Of a DNA stretch of 64,000 nt, positions 37,815-49,451 are shown piece after piece. The DNA is taken from assembly GCA_030428125.1 (NCBI GenBank), contig JAUIBF010000001.1, forward strand, positions 490,383-554,382, given 5' to 3'. How positions within the stretch are numbered: the stretch's first letter is position 1; each line of letters starts with the position of its first letter. This DNA is from a bacterium (lineage in GTDB: Bacteria > Patescibacteriota > Saccharimonadia > Saccharimonadales > SZUA-47). A model generated the notes under the pieces. The model saw only the letters and a list, made by a program, of their open reading frames with translations. It searched no databases and was not told the origin of the DNA. The translations under genes were made by a program, and so were the position numbers.

Positions 37815-39341
37815 ATGGCGAAGGATAAACATCCTACCGAAAAGGTGGGGCGCAATCCTAAAATTCACCAAAACGCAGAAACAGCAGATAAGCCTGCTAG
37901 GCTTAAGCATGCAAAACCGGAAGCCAAAAACGCAACAAAACCTAATAAGAAATCACCGGTGAACTCACTAAAATCATACCCTGCATTAGCGTGGGCCAAG
38001 TTCAATGGATTGAGCAGAAATGTGAAACTCGCTAGCATATTGACAGTAATTTTGCTGTTGGTTGGAATTTTCGCATTTGCCCTATCAACCGACAGTTCAT
38101 CTAATAACGAATTCGCAAACGAAGACCATGTCGAAATTGATGATTCAGCGCCTAGAATGGGTATAGCAGTCACCTTACAGCAAGGAACGTTAGAAACAAA
38201 AGACGAAGACGGCAACTGGGTGGACGCGCCAGATGACTTCCAGCCAGAAGAAGGCGATGCCCTTAGAACCGTGGGTGCTACCTCGCGCTCAGTCCTGACC
38301 TTTGACGACGGAAGCGCTCTACGGCTTGATGCAAATTCTGAAGTTGAGTTGATTTCACTTAATAACGAGCGAATTGTGATAAGGCATCTAGAAGGCTATA
38401 CCTACAGTCGGGTTATACCATCAGACAACCGAGCTTATATAGTCGAAAGCAAAGATGCCCAATACGAAGCGCAGGGCACTGCGTTTAAGACATCCTCTAG
38501 TGGCGATGAACAGGCTGTAGAAGTATACCAAAGCAAAGTTCATGAGACCTCTCTTAATAAAATCCCGGAAGAAGGGGAAAAGCTGACCGTTAAAAGCTTA
38601 GCTGAACCAAGTAAGGACGGCACTATCCAGAAACTAGATGTCGAAGAAGTTAAGCAAGATCAGTTCATGTTATGGAATAAAAACCTGGACGAACAAGATG
38701 ACAATTTCAAAAACGACTTAGGATTTCTAAAAGATTTTGATGCACCAGACATTAACATTACCTCCCATAAAGACGGGGAAACCGTCTTGCTAGACTCAAA
38801 CGCACAACAAGGAACGATTGAGTTCAAAGGAAATACGGAAAAAGGATCGACCCTAACGGTGCAGTCTAAGTCAAAAGGCGGCTCATCGCCCGAGTCAGTA
38901 TCTGTAGGAGCAAATGGCGACTTCACGACACCGGTACTATCCGCGCCATTAGGCAGTTCAGTGTTCGAATTTGTGTCTAAAGACCGAGCTGGCAATAAAA
39001 CTACCAAGAACATTCGTATTAATTTCCAACGCAAGAGCGCGCCAGTCAGTGGATCTGGAAGTATTGTGCTAGAGGCAGAATACAACTCGGTAGATGACAA
39101 GATTGAAGCGACTTGGGCCGTCACAGGTGGCCTGGAAGCAGAAGATGGATTTAAATTTGTCTATAACAAGTCAGGAAACCCTACTTATGGCAGTGACAGT
39201 TCTCAATTAATTAACACCATGTCCGCTTCGATTACAAATCCAAAGAGTGGTGAATCATACTACATTAGAGTTTGCATCTATAACAGTAGCGACAATGAGT
39301 GTGCTAACTACTCAAATCAGATTGAAGTAAAAATACCTTAA
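37815..39341 (+). CDS. membrane-anchored extracytoplasmic protein with FecR-like and Ig/FN3-like regions
   Basis: Basic N-terminus, single TM (aa ~75-95), segment SVLTFDDGSALRLDANSEVEL resembling the FecR domain, beta-rich C-terminus. Confidence 0.45.
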   Translation: MAKDKHPTEKVGRNPKIHQNAETADKPARLKHAKPEAKNATKPNKKSPVNSLKSYPALAWAKFNGLSRNVKLASILTVILLLVGIFAFALSTDSSSNNEFANEDHVEIDDSAPRMGIAVTLQQGTLETKDEDGNWVDAPDDFQPEEGDALRTVGATSRSVLTFDDGSALRLDANSEVELISLNNERIVIRHLEGYTYSRVIPSDNRAYIVESKDAQYEAQGTAFKTSSSGDEQAVEVYQSKVHETSLNKIPEEGEKLTVKSLAEPSKDGTIQKLDVEEVKQDQFMLWNKNLDEQDDNFKNDLGFLKDFDAPDINITSHKDGETVLLDSNAQQGTIEFKGNTEKGSTLTVQSKSKGGSSPESVSVGANGDFTTPVLSAPLGSSVFEFVSKDRAGNKTTKNIRINFQRKSAPVSGSGSIVLEAEYNSVDDKIEATWAVTGGLEAEDGFKFVYNKSGNPTYGSDSSQLINTMSASITNPKSGESYYIRVCIYNSSDNECANYSNQIEVKIP

Positions 39342-39350
39342 ATACGTGTG

Positions 39351-40004
39351 TTATTTCTTTTTCTTAGATGCTTTTAGACTCTCACGTGGAGCGATAAATA
39401 GACTGTATAGGTTCATTCCAAGTACAGAACCTAGCAGTGGTGCTAATACTGTGGTTTTATCCCAAGCGTTATTAGCAAGTGCCACAGCCGGATTTAGGAA
39501 CCCTGGAGCAGCGATAGCGGCGATAAATACGCCAAGAGTTAGAGAAAATCCGATTGTGAGAGCAGCCTGTGCCCCTTCGACTTTCTGCATCACCACAGAA
39601 GCAACACCGAAACCAAATACTGCAGCCCCAACCATTTCAGCAACAAATATTCGCAAATCAAACGTGCTCATTCCGGCATTTAGCACTTCAGAGTCTGTAA
39701 CATATTCTACAAACATGAATGCCGTAGCTCCTCCTAGAATTTGTGCTGCCATATAGACAATCGCTTGAGTTGCTTCAATTTTTCGCAGTGTCCACAATCC
39801 CAATGTAATCGCTGGGTTTACATGCGCACCAGATATTTTGCCGATGGTGGTTACCAATACCATAAGTGCAAAGCCAACTGCTAGCCCTACGTACCAAGGC
39901 GCTGTAAAGTTGAAATAGCGTGCAGCACCCATCGCTGTTAGCGCGAGTATTGCTGTGCCAAAAAACTCAGCAACAATCATACCTATTTTTTTCCTGTCAA
40001 ACAT
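39351..40004 (-). CDS. MIP-family channel (aquaporin/glycerol facilitator)
   Basis: Two NPA boxes (SGAHVNPAITLG and FLNPAVALAN), 6 TM, 217 aa. Confidence 0.85.
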   Translation of the reverse strand: MFDRKKIGMIVAEFFGTAILALTAMGAARYFNFTAPWYVGLAVGFALMVLVTTIGKISGAHVNPAITLGLWTLRKIEATQAIVYMAAQILGGATAFMFVEYVTDSEVLNAGMSTFDLRIFVAEMVGAAVFGFGVASVVMQKVEGAQAALTIGFSLTLGVFIAAIAAPGFLNPAVALANNAWDKTTVLAPLLGSVLGMNLYSLFIAPRESLKASKKKK

Positions 40005-40052
40005 AAACCCTCCGTTGTTTATGCCCCAAGTATAACCTAAGTCTTAAAAAAA

Positions 40053-41573
40053 CTAAGCCTTTTTCTCTGTAATATCTGTTCTGGTTCGAACGATTTTCTC
40101 TTCGCTTTTTAGAAGTTGTCCAAATTTCTTAATCAAGGCAGGCGATATAAAGGTAGTGATGATTACTACCAGCACAATTGTGCTAAACAATTCGCTATCA
40201 AGAACTCCTATGGATGCTCCAGTTGCGGCAAAAATTAATCCTACTTCGCCACGAGGAACCATAGAAAATCCTACCAAAAGCTTTTCATACTTTGTACCTT
40301 GAGCACCTATACCTGCAACAAGTTTGGCGCCTACAGCTACTACAGAAATAATTGCGGCTATCAAGTATAGCTTAGGCTGCAACAGCGAACCAAAATCTAT
40401 CTGCATCCCTGTGTACACAAAGAATACTGGAATAAAGATTAGACCAATTGAATTGATTAAATCCTCTACATGGGCATGACGATGCTTCTTGATAAAATCA
40501 ACCATTGATTGACCATGTTTTTCATCTGTTTCTAGATATTTTAGCTCTTCTAGAATTTCCGGGTCAGAGAATGACTCAAAGTGAACAGCATCAAGTAGTA
40601 GACCGGCCGCAAAAGCACCAATAATTGGCTCTAAACCGAACAATTCAGCTAGATATCCAAAGAGCAGGGCAAACCCCACTGCTAATGTTAGTTTCATGCC
40701 AATTCCGGTATGAATTTTGCTAAAGAACTTAGATATGTAAGGTGCCGTCAGGGTCCCGATTAGTAACGCACCTCCCAGGAACCCGAATGATTTTGCTGCT
40801 AGCTCTATTACCAATCCAGCCGACAAGGTTCCTCCCGTTGCCAACGCCGACACAATAGCTAATACGATTAGACCTAGGACGTCATCAATTACTGCAGCAC
40901 CTAGCACAGTTTGCGCTGCACGACTTTTAGTGAGCTTTAGTGAGCGAAATACACTGGCTGTAATACCTACGCTAGTTGCAACCAATGACGCGCCTAGGAA
41001 TAGACGAGCGTTTGAATCAGCATCTCCGAAGAATATCGGACCTAAAATGAACGAACCCAACACAAAAGGCACTACCACACCAATTAATGCAACTATTAGA
41101 GCGCGCACGCCGACCTTTTTCATTTCTTTAATGTTGGACTCTAGACCTATAGAAAAGAGCAGCAGAACAGCTCCAAACTGTGCTAGATAAGCGATTATTT
41201 CATTAGATGTAATGTCGCTAATAAAATCCCAGCCGTAGTATCCGATTGCACTTAATGCGACACCTGCTAGTAGCTCACCGATAACAGCTGGTTGACCGTA
41301 TTTTTCGACAAAATTACCGAGTTTACCTGCAATCAAAACAAGCGCAAACATAGCAAATACAATTCCAAAGTGATGCGCCCCTCCTGAATGTTCTTCATCG
41401 TGCGCTTCCTCGTGATGTTCTTGTGCTGGGACCGAATCTACGCTTTCATCGTACACTTCATGCGATTCCTCATGGTGATGTGAGGTATCTGCTAAAACTG
41501 GCTTTTCTGTAAAACTGTTAATTCCGAATGTTGTGGCCGCAACTAGAGCAAGCGCGATAAAAAACTTTTTCAT
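40053..41573 (-). CDS. cation:proton antiporter (CPA2/Kef-type Na+/H+ exchanger family) with His-rich N-terminal extension
   Basis: ~12 TM, LIAGKLG, VPRGEVGLIFA motifs; signal-like N-terminus then HHHEESHE...EHHEEAHDEEHSGGAHH. Confidence 0.8.
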   Translation of the reverse strand: MKKFFIALALVAATTFGINSFTEKPVLADTSHHHEESHEVYDESVDSVPAQEHHEEAHDEEHSGGAHHFGIVFAMFALVLIAGKLGNFVEKYGQPAVIGELLAGVALSAIGYYGWDFISDITSNEIIAYLAQFGAVLLLFSIGLESNIKEMKKVGVRALIVALIGVVVPFVLGSFILGPIFFGDADSNARLFLGASLVATSVGITASVFRSLKLTKSRAAQTVLGAAVIDDVLGLIVLAIVSALATGGTLSAGLVIELAAKSFGFLGGALLIGTLTAPYISKFFSKIHTGIGMKLTLAVGFALLFGYLAELFGLEPIIGAFAAGLLLDAVHFESFSDPEILEELKYLETDEKHGQSMVDFIKKHRHAHVEDLINSIGLIFIPVFFVYTGMQIDFGSLLQPKLYLIAAIISVVAVGAKLVAGIGAQGTKYEKLLVGFSMVPRGEVGLIFAATGASIGVLDSELFSTIVLVVIITTFISPALIKKFGQLLKSEEKIVRTRTDITEKKA

Positions 41574-41580
41574 ATTTCCT

Positions 41581-42447
41581 TTACTTAATAATTACTGGCA
41601 TATCTGCACTACACAAGACTGAAGCAGTAGCAAGATTCCAAACTGTTAATATTTTTTTAGTTGTTTCAACATCCCTTGATAATGCTTCGGCAGTCTTACC
41701 GAATGACCATTCGTGAACTATGAAGCCTTTTAGACCTGTAGCCTCGAATATCTTTTGAACGTCTGGGCCTTTTCTGTCCCGTGACCAAATAATAAATTCT
41801 CCATCGTGAGGACCGACGAGCATTTCGTTGCCAGCTCCTGCTTCAACTCCTGCGTTTGTCGCATCTTTACGAGGATCCGCAAAAAAATCAGAGTTTTCTA
41901 GGCGACTTGTAGCATTTGCTACATATAGTCCAGCCTCTGATTGAGTTATCTGATAACCTAGGGCTGCATTTGGAATATTAACTATGTTTGCGATATTTTC
42001 TACTAGCTCTTCCTGAATTTCACGAGTTTTGTTTGTTTCACCACATCCGCATTCAGAATGATTATCTCCATGCACGCAAACACCAGGCTCTACATCAACA
42101 AGCAGGGAAGTAACGTCTTTAACAACATCTACTTCGCTTTCGCTGCCGTTTTCATTTACTAAATCTACTGCGTGTGCAACACCTGCAGGACCACCCGCCG
42201 TACGTGGGAGCGGGGGTCTTGTGCCGTCAGCTGTAAATCGCTCATCGATACAGATTGACGCTACGGTATCAGGATACTCTACATCAAATTCTCCACTTGC
42301 AATGCGCTCGAATATTTCTCTTTTGTCGTCTGTTAAAACAAAACCTTCGTTAATAGAACCTTTGCCCAGACCTAGCTCACCCAGAGTTGGGTATCCTGTT
42401 TTTTCCATAAATGCCTCAAAGATTACTTTGTGATTTCCATCATACAT
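41581..42447 (-). CDS. hypothetical protein with Cys/His cluster
   Basis: 288-aa ORF between atpC (36-nt gap) and the antiporter (7-nt gap); VCVHGDNHSECGCGE cluster; otherwise unassigned. Confidence 0.45.
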   Translation of the reverse strand: MYDGNHKVIFEAFMEKTGYPTLGELGLGKGSINEGFVLTDDKREIFERIASGEFDVEYPDTVASICIDERFTADGTRPPLPRTAGGPAGVAHAVDLVNENGSESEVDVVKDVTSLLVDVEPGVCVHGDNHSECGCGETNKTREIQEELVENIANIVNIPNAALGYQITQSEAGLYVANATSRLENSDFFADPRKDATNAGVEAGAGNEMLVGPHDGEFIIWSRDRKGPDVQKIFEATGLKGFIVHEWSFGKTAEALSRDVETTKKILTVWNLATASVLCSADMPVIIK

Positions 42448-42483
42448 TTTACATGATTTATATCACAAAATATAGAGTGATTT

Positions 42484-42909
42484 TTATCTTCTTCGGTGAC
42501 GCTTTAGTTCGGCAATTTTTAGTCTTGAGGCTTGTCTGTCAACTAAACTCTGTGCTTTATCTAGTGAAACTTGATCTCTTGCTTCTGAGCGAAGCTGCTT
42601 AGCACGTTTTAGAGCCTCTTCTGCCTCTTTGCTACTGACTTCGGTGTCTTTGTCGGCTTCGTCAACAAGAACGCGTACGGTATCGTCTGATATCTCTATA
42701 ACACCACTATCTATAGCGTAGTGTTCCATCATGTCATCGGGATGGTTATCTTTCTTGCGAACACTTATAACTCCGGTTGACGCCAAGCTTACAAGTGGTG
42801 CATGGTTTCTAAATACTGCTATTTGTCCCTGTGGAGTAGGCAAAAGCACCTCGTACACAGATTCACGAAGCTTAACTCCAGTTAGCGTTACTAATTCTAG
42901 ATGAATCAT
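42484..42909 (-). CDS. atpC: F1 ATP synthase subunit epsilon
   Basis: N-terminal beta-sandwich pattern (LELVTLTGVK...VLLPTPQGQIAVFRNHAPLVS) and C-terminal helical hairpin; position after atpD. Confidence 0.85.
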   Translation of the reverse strand: MIHLELVTLTGVKLRESVYEVLLPTPQGQIAVFRNHAPLVSLASTGVISVRKKDNHPDDMMEHYAIDSGVIEISDDTVRVLVDEADKDTEVSSKEAEEALKRAKQLRSEARDQVSLDKAQSLVDRQASRLKIAELKRHRRR

Positions 42910-43273
42910 GATAGGCCTGGACCTCCGTCATGGGTTGATGGGCCCCTGGAAGGACGATAGTCATATCCTGGATGTGCATCAACAGACGATGCTCTTACCA
43001 CTGGATACTCTGGAGTAACGGGTTGCCAAGAACCAACTTGCAAGTCTTTTGTTGACTTTCCTCTCGCCATTTCAACCAACACTTCACTTGTAGTTGATAG
43101 CACTCGACCAGAAATCTTTGCAAGCGATAGCGCCCCAAAAACTGCACTTCCGCCGATATCCGCACAACGTTGACCAAATGGAGAGTGAAGCACTTCAGAT
43201 ACTGCACCTACAATACTTAGAGCTTTTTCTTGTGTCCAGTCGACAACTGATAGGTCTGGTTGACGTTGAACCA

Positions 43274-43274
<1 letters not shown>
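42906..43274 (-). CDS. operon-embedded hypothetical protein (122 aa) between atpD and atpC
   Basis: TAATG overlap with the atpD stop, ATGA overlap with the atpC start, AAGGAAG Shine-Dalgarno ~10 nt upstream; no motif recognised. Confidence 0.6.
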
Positions 43275-44689
<1,415 letters not shown>

Positions 44690-44726
44690 TTATAATTTAT
44701 TGCTATTCCTGTCGGTCTTACTGTTA

Positions 44727-45029
44727 TCATTTCGCCGCCCCCGTATCAATATATTCTTGGATTTTTCCACGCAACCATTCGTCTGCTAGCATACCTGCTG
44801 CTGCACTCTCCTTGGCCAAGCCTTGATGATGATTACCTGATGCAATTCCGGCAGCAGCAACTGCGGCATCTTCCGGAGTCTCACCGAACTGAACTGTCCC
44901 TGCAATAGCAAACTGTACAAATTCATAAACCATTGTTGGTGGTTGGTGGGGGTGATCCATCGCAGCTACTGCCGCTGCATGATCTTTTATACCGTCAATT
45001 AACTCTGACTGCTCTACATGTGTTGTCAT
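44727..45029 (-). CDS. operon-embedded hypothetical protein (100 aa) between atpG and atpD
   Basis: ATGA overlap with the upstream 114-aa ORF, GGAGGC Shine-Dalgarno; Ala/His-rich; 73-nt spacer to atpD. Confidence 0.6.
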   Translation of the reverse strand: MTTHVEQSELIDGIKDHAAAVAAMDHPHQPPTMVYEFVQFAIAGTVQFGETPEDAAVAAAGIASGNHHQGLAKESAAAGMLADEWLRGKIQEYIDTGAAK

Positions 45030-45370
45030 TTCATAGCCTCCACACCAAAGAAGGTTCTATTAGCCATATTTCGGCCCACAAGAAATTGTCCTGCAATTCT
45101 TATATCGTTGCCAAATAATCTTTCTGCTTCATTGGAGGCCAGTAGATAATTTGCAGACATTGCTACAGCAACCAATCCACCAAGTGTTTCCGGTATCTGG
45201 AAGCTACTTCTCCTGGCTTCAGACTGAGGATCATGACTCTCGATTCTAAATATATGTACTGATGTACCATCCTCATATTCCGTTAACACCCTGGCACTAT
45301 CTGCAAACCAACGATCGTCACGACCGTCACCCATACCAACCAATAATGTAGTTTCTGGTAAATCTGCCAT
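45026..45370 (-). CDS. operon-embedded hypothetical protein (114 aa) between atpG and atpD
   Basis: TAATG overlap with the atpG stop; GGAGCGGAGG upstream; no motif recognised. Confidence 0.6.
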   Translation of the reverse strand: MADLPETTLLVGMGDGRDDRWFADSARVLTEYEDGTSVHIFRIESHDPQSEARRSSFQIPETLGGLVAVAMSANYLLASNEAERLFGNDIRIAGQFLVGRNMANRTFFGVEAMK

Positions 45371-46236
45371 TATTTCATTGCCTCCGCTCCACCGGTTATT
45401 TCTGCTAATTCCTGGGTAATTGCTGACTGTCGAGCTGTGTTGGCAGCCAGAGTCAAATCATCTATCAAATCACCAGCATTATCACTTGCTGTTTTCATAG
45501 CCAACATTCTCGCGCTCTGTTCTGATGCCTGGCTCTCAAGATATGCCTGCCACAACTGCACATCAATTAACCGTTCAGCAATGGTTTTTAACACCTCTTC
45601 TGGGCTAGGTTCAAAAATCGCGTCAGCCAAATTATGCGAAACTCTAGCTTCTTGAAACGCAGCAGGGAGCAGTCTAGTGCTAGTGACTTCTTGCAGAACA
45701 CTGGACTTGAAGTCCGTGAATAGAATATCAACAGCATCAGTATCTGCAGACTTAAAAGCTTCTTTGATCGTCTGCAATATAGGTGACAACTCGGAAATTT
45801 CTGGCTTTTCTGGCATATTATCGTAGCTTCCTAGAATATTTAGTCCTTCTACACGCGCCACAAACCTAGATGCTTGCTTACCAACTAAAATCAGACTGGT
45901 CTTTGTACCGTTTTCTTCGTCTGATTTAAGTTCTTTCGTCAATTGACGCAAAACATTTGAGTTATAAGCGCCTGCCAGACCTCTATCGGATGTAATGACA
46001 ATGATAATCCGACTTTTTACTTCGCGAGTCGTAAACAGTGGATGCTTAGAAACGTCTGTTAAATCACGTAAGCGTGTCAAAATCTGACGAGCAGTTAAGG
46101 TATAATCTCGGCTAGCAAGTGTCGTCTCCTGAGCACGACGCATCTTCGATGCAGCCACAAGCTCCATTGCTTTGGTGATCTGCTTGGTGCTTTTGACGCT
46201 TTTTATGCGCGCCTTAATCTGCTGAGTACTAGCCAT
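45370..46236 (-). CDS. atpG: F1 ATP synthase subunit gamma
   Basis: MASTQQIKARIKSVKSTKQITKAMELVAASKMRRAQ N-terminal helix and C-terminal ITQELAEI..GA helix are gamma hallmarks. Confidence 0.92.
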   Translation of the reverse strand: MASTQQIKARIKSVKSTKQITKAMELVAASKMRRAQETTLASRDYTLTARQILTRLRDLTDVSKHPLFTTREVKSRIIIVITSDRGLAGAYNSNVLRQLTKELKSDEENGTKTSLILVGKQASRFVARVEGLNILGSYDNMPEKPEISELSPILQTIKEAFKSADTDAVDILFTDFKSSVLQEVTSTRLLPAAFQEARVSHNLADAIFEPSPEEVLKTIAERLIDVQLWQAYLESQASEQSARMLAMKTASDNAGDLIDDLTLAANTARQSAITQELAEITGGAEAMK

Positions 46237-46402
46237 TTAGTTCGTCCTCTCTGACCTTACACACAATTTCACAAATCGGCCTGCCGAACTGACCAAACCG
46301 AGCGTAGTTACATATGTTATCAGCGCTATAGGCAGAGTAGCATCGAAAATCAACTCTTGCAGTTACCTCTCCTGAAACCGGTATACTTCGCTCCTGTGTC
46401 AT
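46229..46402 (-). CDS. candidate micro-ORF (57 aa, 4 Cys) filling the atpA-atpG spacer
   Basis: My own translation: MTQERSIPVSGEVTARVDFRCYSAYSADNICNYARFGQFGRPICEIVCKVREDELNG. ATG lies 3 nt after the atpA stop; the stop overlaps the atpG start by 8 nt. Below the ORF-track length cut-off; weak Shine-Dalgarno. Confidence 0.35.
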   Translation of the reverse strand: MTQERSIPVSGEVTARVDFRCYSAYSADNICNYARFGQFGRPICEIVCKVREDELNG

Positions 46403-46405
46403 CTA

Positions 46406-47938
46406 TTAATCTCTGTATTCCTTTGCGACTTTTTCTGCTTGTTTGATGATTAGGCTACTCATCTTATCGTCGACTTTGCCGCCTTTTTCAAGCTCTTGCA
46501 TGTCTTTTTTCTTTTCAGACCAAAGAGAAGTCAGTAGGGAAGCTTGCGCTTTCTTAATCTGTTCAACTGGTACAGAGTCAAATGCTCCGCCCGTTGCAGC
46601 AATAAGGCTTGAAACCTGTTCCCAGGTGCTTAATGGTGAATACTGAGGCTGTTTCAGAAGTTCAGTTAGTCTCTGACCTCGTTCGATACGAGCTTTGGTA
46701 TCTGCATCTAAGTCTGAGCTGAACTGTGCGAAAGCTGCGAGTTCTCGGAATTGTGCTAGGTTGATTCGGAGTGAACCTGATGCACCCTTCAATGCTTTTG
46801 TTTGAGCAGAACCACCAACACGTGACACTGACAAACCAACTGAGATAGCTGGTCGGATACCTTGGTTGAACAAGCTAGTCTCCATGAAAATCTGACCGTC
46901 AGTAATCGAAATCACGTTAGTAGGAACAAATGATGAAATATCTCCAGCCTGAGTTTCGACAATAGGTAGGGCAGTCAACGAACCACCACCTTCGGCGTCT
47001 GACAACTTGGCTGCACGCTCTAGAAGTCGAGAGTGCAAGTAGAACACATCACCAGGGTAGGCTTCACGTCCTGGAGGTCGTCGAAGCAAGAGTGACATTT
47101 GTCGGTAAGCAACAGCGTGCTTAGATAAATCATCATAGGTAATCAACGCGTGTTGTGAGTTATCACGGAAATATTCACCCATGGCAGCACCTGAGTATGG
47201 TGCTAGGTACTGAAGGGAAGCAGGGTCGTTTGCACTAGTTGCAACGACGATCGTTTGCTCCATCACACCTTCACGCTCAAGTCGTTCTACTAGTCGAGCT
47301 ACTTTGCTCATTTTCTGACCTACAGCAACGTAAATGTTAATGATTCCGGTCTTTTGCTTTGCCTGGTTAATCATTGTGTCTAGAGCAACGGCAGTCTTAC
47401 CGGTTTGACGATCGCCAATGATAAGCTCACGCTGACCACGACCGATAGGCACCATAGCGTCAATCGCCATAAGGCCAGTCATCATTGGTTCATGTACAGA
47501 TTTACGCTGCAATACGCCTGGCGCGGGCTTTTCTACAGCTCCGGTTAGCTTTGTCTTGATTGGACCCTTGTCATCTAGTGGGTTTCCTAGCGGGTCAACC
47601 ACACGTCCAACTAGCTCAGGGCCAACTGGTACTTCTAGAACTTTTCCAGATAGAGTAACCTTTGCTCCAGCTTTAACTTTGACGTCAGAATCGAGCAACA
47701 CAGCACCGATTTCGTCTTCCATCAAGTTCAAGGCGAATGCGCTAACTGTTCCACCGTCTGCAGATTCGATATCTAACATTTCTGAATATCCGGCAGCAGA
47801 TAAGCCATAAATCCAAGCCACACCGTCACCAATACGTGTGACTATTCCGGCTTTTTCTACGCCGCTTGATACTTTCAGTTCTGCAATTGCCTCGCGGACT
47901 TCTGCGCTTAAATCTTTTACTGATACATCTGTCGCCAT
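46406..47938 (-). CDS. atpA: F1 ATP synthase subunit alpha
   Basis: Walker A GDRQTGKT, strong overall family resemblance, 510 aa. Confidence 0.97.
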   Translation of the reverse strand: MATDVSVKDLSAEVREAIAELKVSSGVEKAGIVTRIGDGVAWIYGLSAAGYSEMLDIESADGGTVSAFALNLMEDEIGAVLLDSDVKVKAGAKVTLSGKVLEVPVGPELVGRVVDPLGNPLDDKGPIKTKLTGAVEKPAPGVLQRKSVHEPMMTGLMAIDAMVPIGRGQRELIIGDRQTGKTAVALDTMINQAKQKTGIINIYVAVGQKMSKVARLVERLEREGVMEQTIVVATSANDPASLQYLAPYSGAAMGEYFRDNSQHALITYDDLSKHAVAYRQMSLLLRRPPGREAYPGDVFYLHSRLLERAAKLSDAEGGGSLTALPIVETQAGDISSFVPTNVISITDGQIFMETSLFNQGIRPAISVGLSVSRVGGSAQTKALKGASGSLRINLAQFRELAAFAQFSSDLDADTKARIERGQRLTELLKQPQYSPLSTWEQVSSLIAATGGAFDSVPVEQIKKAQASLLTSLWSEKKKDMQELEKGGKVDDKMSSLIIKQAEKVAKEYRD

Positions 47939-47940
47939 TT

Positions 47941-48468
47941 TTACTCCTGGTTACCAATCCTTTTTAAAATTCCTCTGAAACTACCTAGCCATTTTGCAGC
48001 CTTCGTTGGATCTGTTGCTATTGGGTCAAAATCCTCGTCGACTGCTTTATCGATGACAGCTCTCAAATTCCGTGCTCTTACAAATTTTGGTTCGTTGCTG
48101 CCAGTTATGTCTAGAGCTGCATCAACTCTACCCTGAACATATGCAGAAGCTGCTAGGCCTGCCATTACAACCCTTATCGAGTCATGAAGCTCATCTAAGT
48201 CTACAGCTACCACCTCGACTTCACGTTGACGCCCATGAGATGACGTATACGTTCCGACGTTAAATTCATCAAGCTCAACATCTCCTCTGTCTAAAGGAGC
48301 CGCGGTAAACACTTCAACCACTTGAGGCATATCTGATATAGCTAGGAATGCGAGGTCGTGTGCCATCTCACGCGCCACATCAGTGTGAGCATCAACCATA
48401 TCAGCCAATGGCCCTTCATGAAACACCACCGGAAGAGTACTCTCAACTACACTTTCTTGTCCTGCCAT
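47941..48468 (-). CDS. operon-embedded hypothetical protein (175 aa) between atpH and atpA
   Basis: 2-nt gaps to both neighbours; GAAGGAG Shine-Dalgarno upstream; acidic; no motif recognised. Confidence 0.6.
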   Translation of the reverse strand: MAGQESVVESTLPVVFHEGPLADMVDAHTDVAREMAHDLAFLAISDMPQVVEVFTAAPLDRGDVELDEFNVGTYTSSHGRQREVEVVAVDLDELHDSIRVVMAGLAASAYVQGRVDAALDITGSNEPKFVRARNLRAVIDKAVDEDFDPIATDPTKAAKWLGSFRGILKRIGNQE

Positions 48469-48470
48469 TA

Positions 48471-48746
48471 CTAACTCACTCCTTCACTTACAGGCTCTGT
48501 AGCCATTGCTTTATCAATTAATCCATAAACTCCACTAACAAATACGCCTGCGGTTTCAATGTCTGCACCTGACCTAACGAGAACATCAGCAATGTCGTCA
48601 ATTGCTTCTCTAACCTCTGCTAATCTATTAAATCCTGCTCGCTGAACAACCTCAGAAAGACCTTCTGACGCATCAGGGCTACCAGTTATTGAATATGCAC
48701 TTGCATGAATCTTTGCAAAAGGTGAATCGGAGATAGAGCCGGGCAT
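48471..48746 (-). CDS. operon-embedded hypothetical protein (91 aa) between atpH and atpA
   Basis: TAATG overlap with the atpH stop; GGAGA upstream; no motif recognised. Confidence 0.55.
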   Translation of the reverse strand: MPGSISDSPFAKIHASAYSITGSPDASEGLSEVVQRAGFNRLAEVREAIDDIADVLVRSGADIETAGVFVSGVYGLIDKAMATEPVSEGVS

Positions 48747-49135
48747 TAATTTGTCTCCATAACTTTTGCTTTAAATCTATTTAATCGTGCTCGAACAGTT
48801 AGGTCGATTTCTGATTCCATACCCTGGGCCTTAACTCCTCCGATAACTGAGCTATCGATAACTTCTGTAAATACCGGCTTTTCTGCTCCAAGAAGTTTTG
48901 CGAGTACTTCTTTGACATCATCAGAAACTGAATGAGCACTCGTAACTGTTACTTGAGTAGTGCCGCGTGAGTTTAGCTCTGCTTCTATCGCACGCGTTAG
49001 CTTACCAAGCTCTTTAGTCTGACGAGTGTCTAACAAATAAGCAGCAAGTTGTTGCGCTAGAGCAGGGGCTTTCGTTCCACTTTCCAGCTGGTCAACAGCG
49101 TATTTAGCCAATTCGCTAACAGTTATCTTAGCCAT
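48746..49135 (-). CDS. atpH: F1 ATP synthase subunit delta (OSCP), unusually short
   Basis: C-terminal SSVIGGVKAQGMESEIDLTVRARLNRFK matches the delta pattern (IGG...D.S....L..L); only 129 aa against ~175-185 aa typical. Confidence 0.7.
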   Translation of the reverse strand: MAKITVSELAKYAVDQLESGTKAPALAQQLAAYLLDTRQTKELGKLTRAIEAELNSRGTTQVTVTSAHSVSDDVKEVLAKLLGAEKPVFTEVIDSSVIGGVKAQGMESEIDLTVRARLNRFKAKVMETN

Positions 49136-49451
49136 AAGTAATCACCTCATCCGTTCCTGGCATTGGACCAATATCACCTCTAGCGGCCAACATGTCACCA
49201 TAAGCAAGGATAGCTACAGCAGCTACGTTATCGTCAGCATTAGGTACATCAGGTAAAAAATCACTCCACATCTCATGCGTACCCATCCAAGCAAGAGCCA
49301 TGTACTTTTCATCATCCTCAACTAGCACCTCTCGCATCTTTGCCCTTTTACTGTCCACAAACTCGATTTCCGCAACAAGCTCTGCGATTGACTCTCGGAT
49401 AGAATTAGAAATTCTGCGTCTTTGTTCTTCTAAATCAATAACTTCGCTCAT
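49128..49451 (-). CDS. operon-embedded hypothetical protein (107 aa) between atpF and atpH
   Basis: TAATG overlap upstream with AAGGAGG Shine-Dalgarno 8 nt before the ATG; 8-nt overlap (ATGGCTAA) with the atpH start. Confidence 0.6.
   Translation of the reverse strand: MSEVIDLEEQRRRISNSIRESIAELVAEIEFVDSKRAKMREVLVEDDEKYMALAWMGTHEMWSDFLPDVPNADDNVAAVAILAYGDMLAARGDIGPMPGTDEVITYG

Noticed and set aside
39346-39756. 136-aa plus-strand ORF overlapping the MIP channel gene
   Set aside because: The opposite strand encodes a protein with two canonical NPA boxes, so this ORF is a shadow frame.
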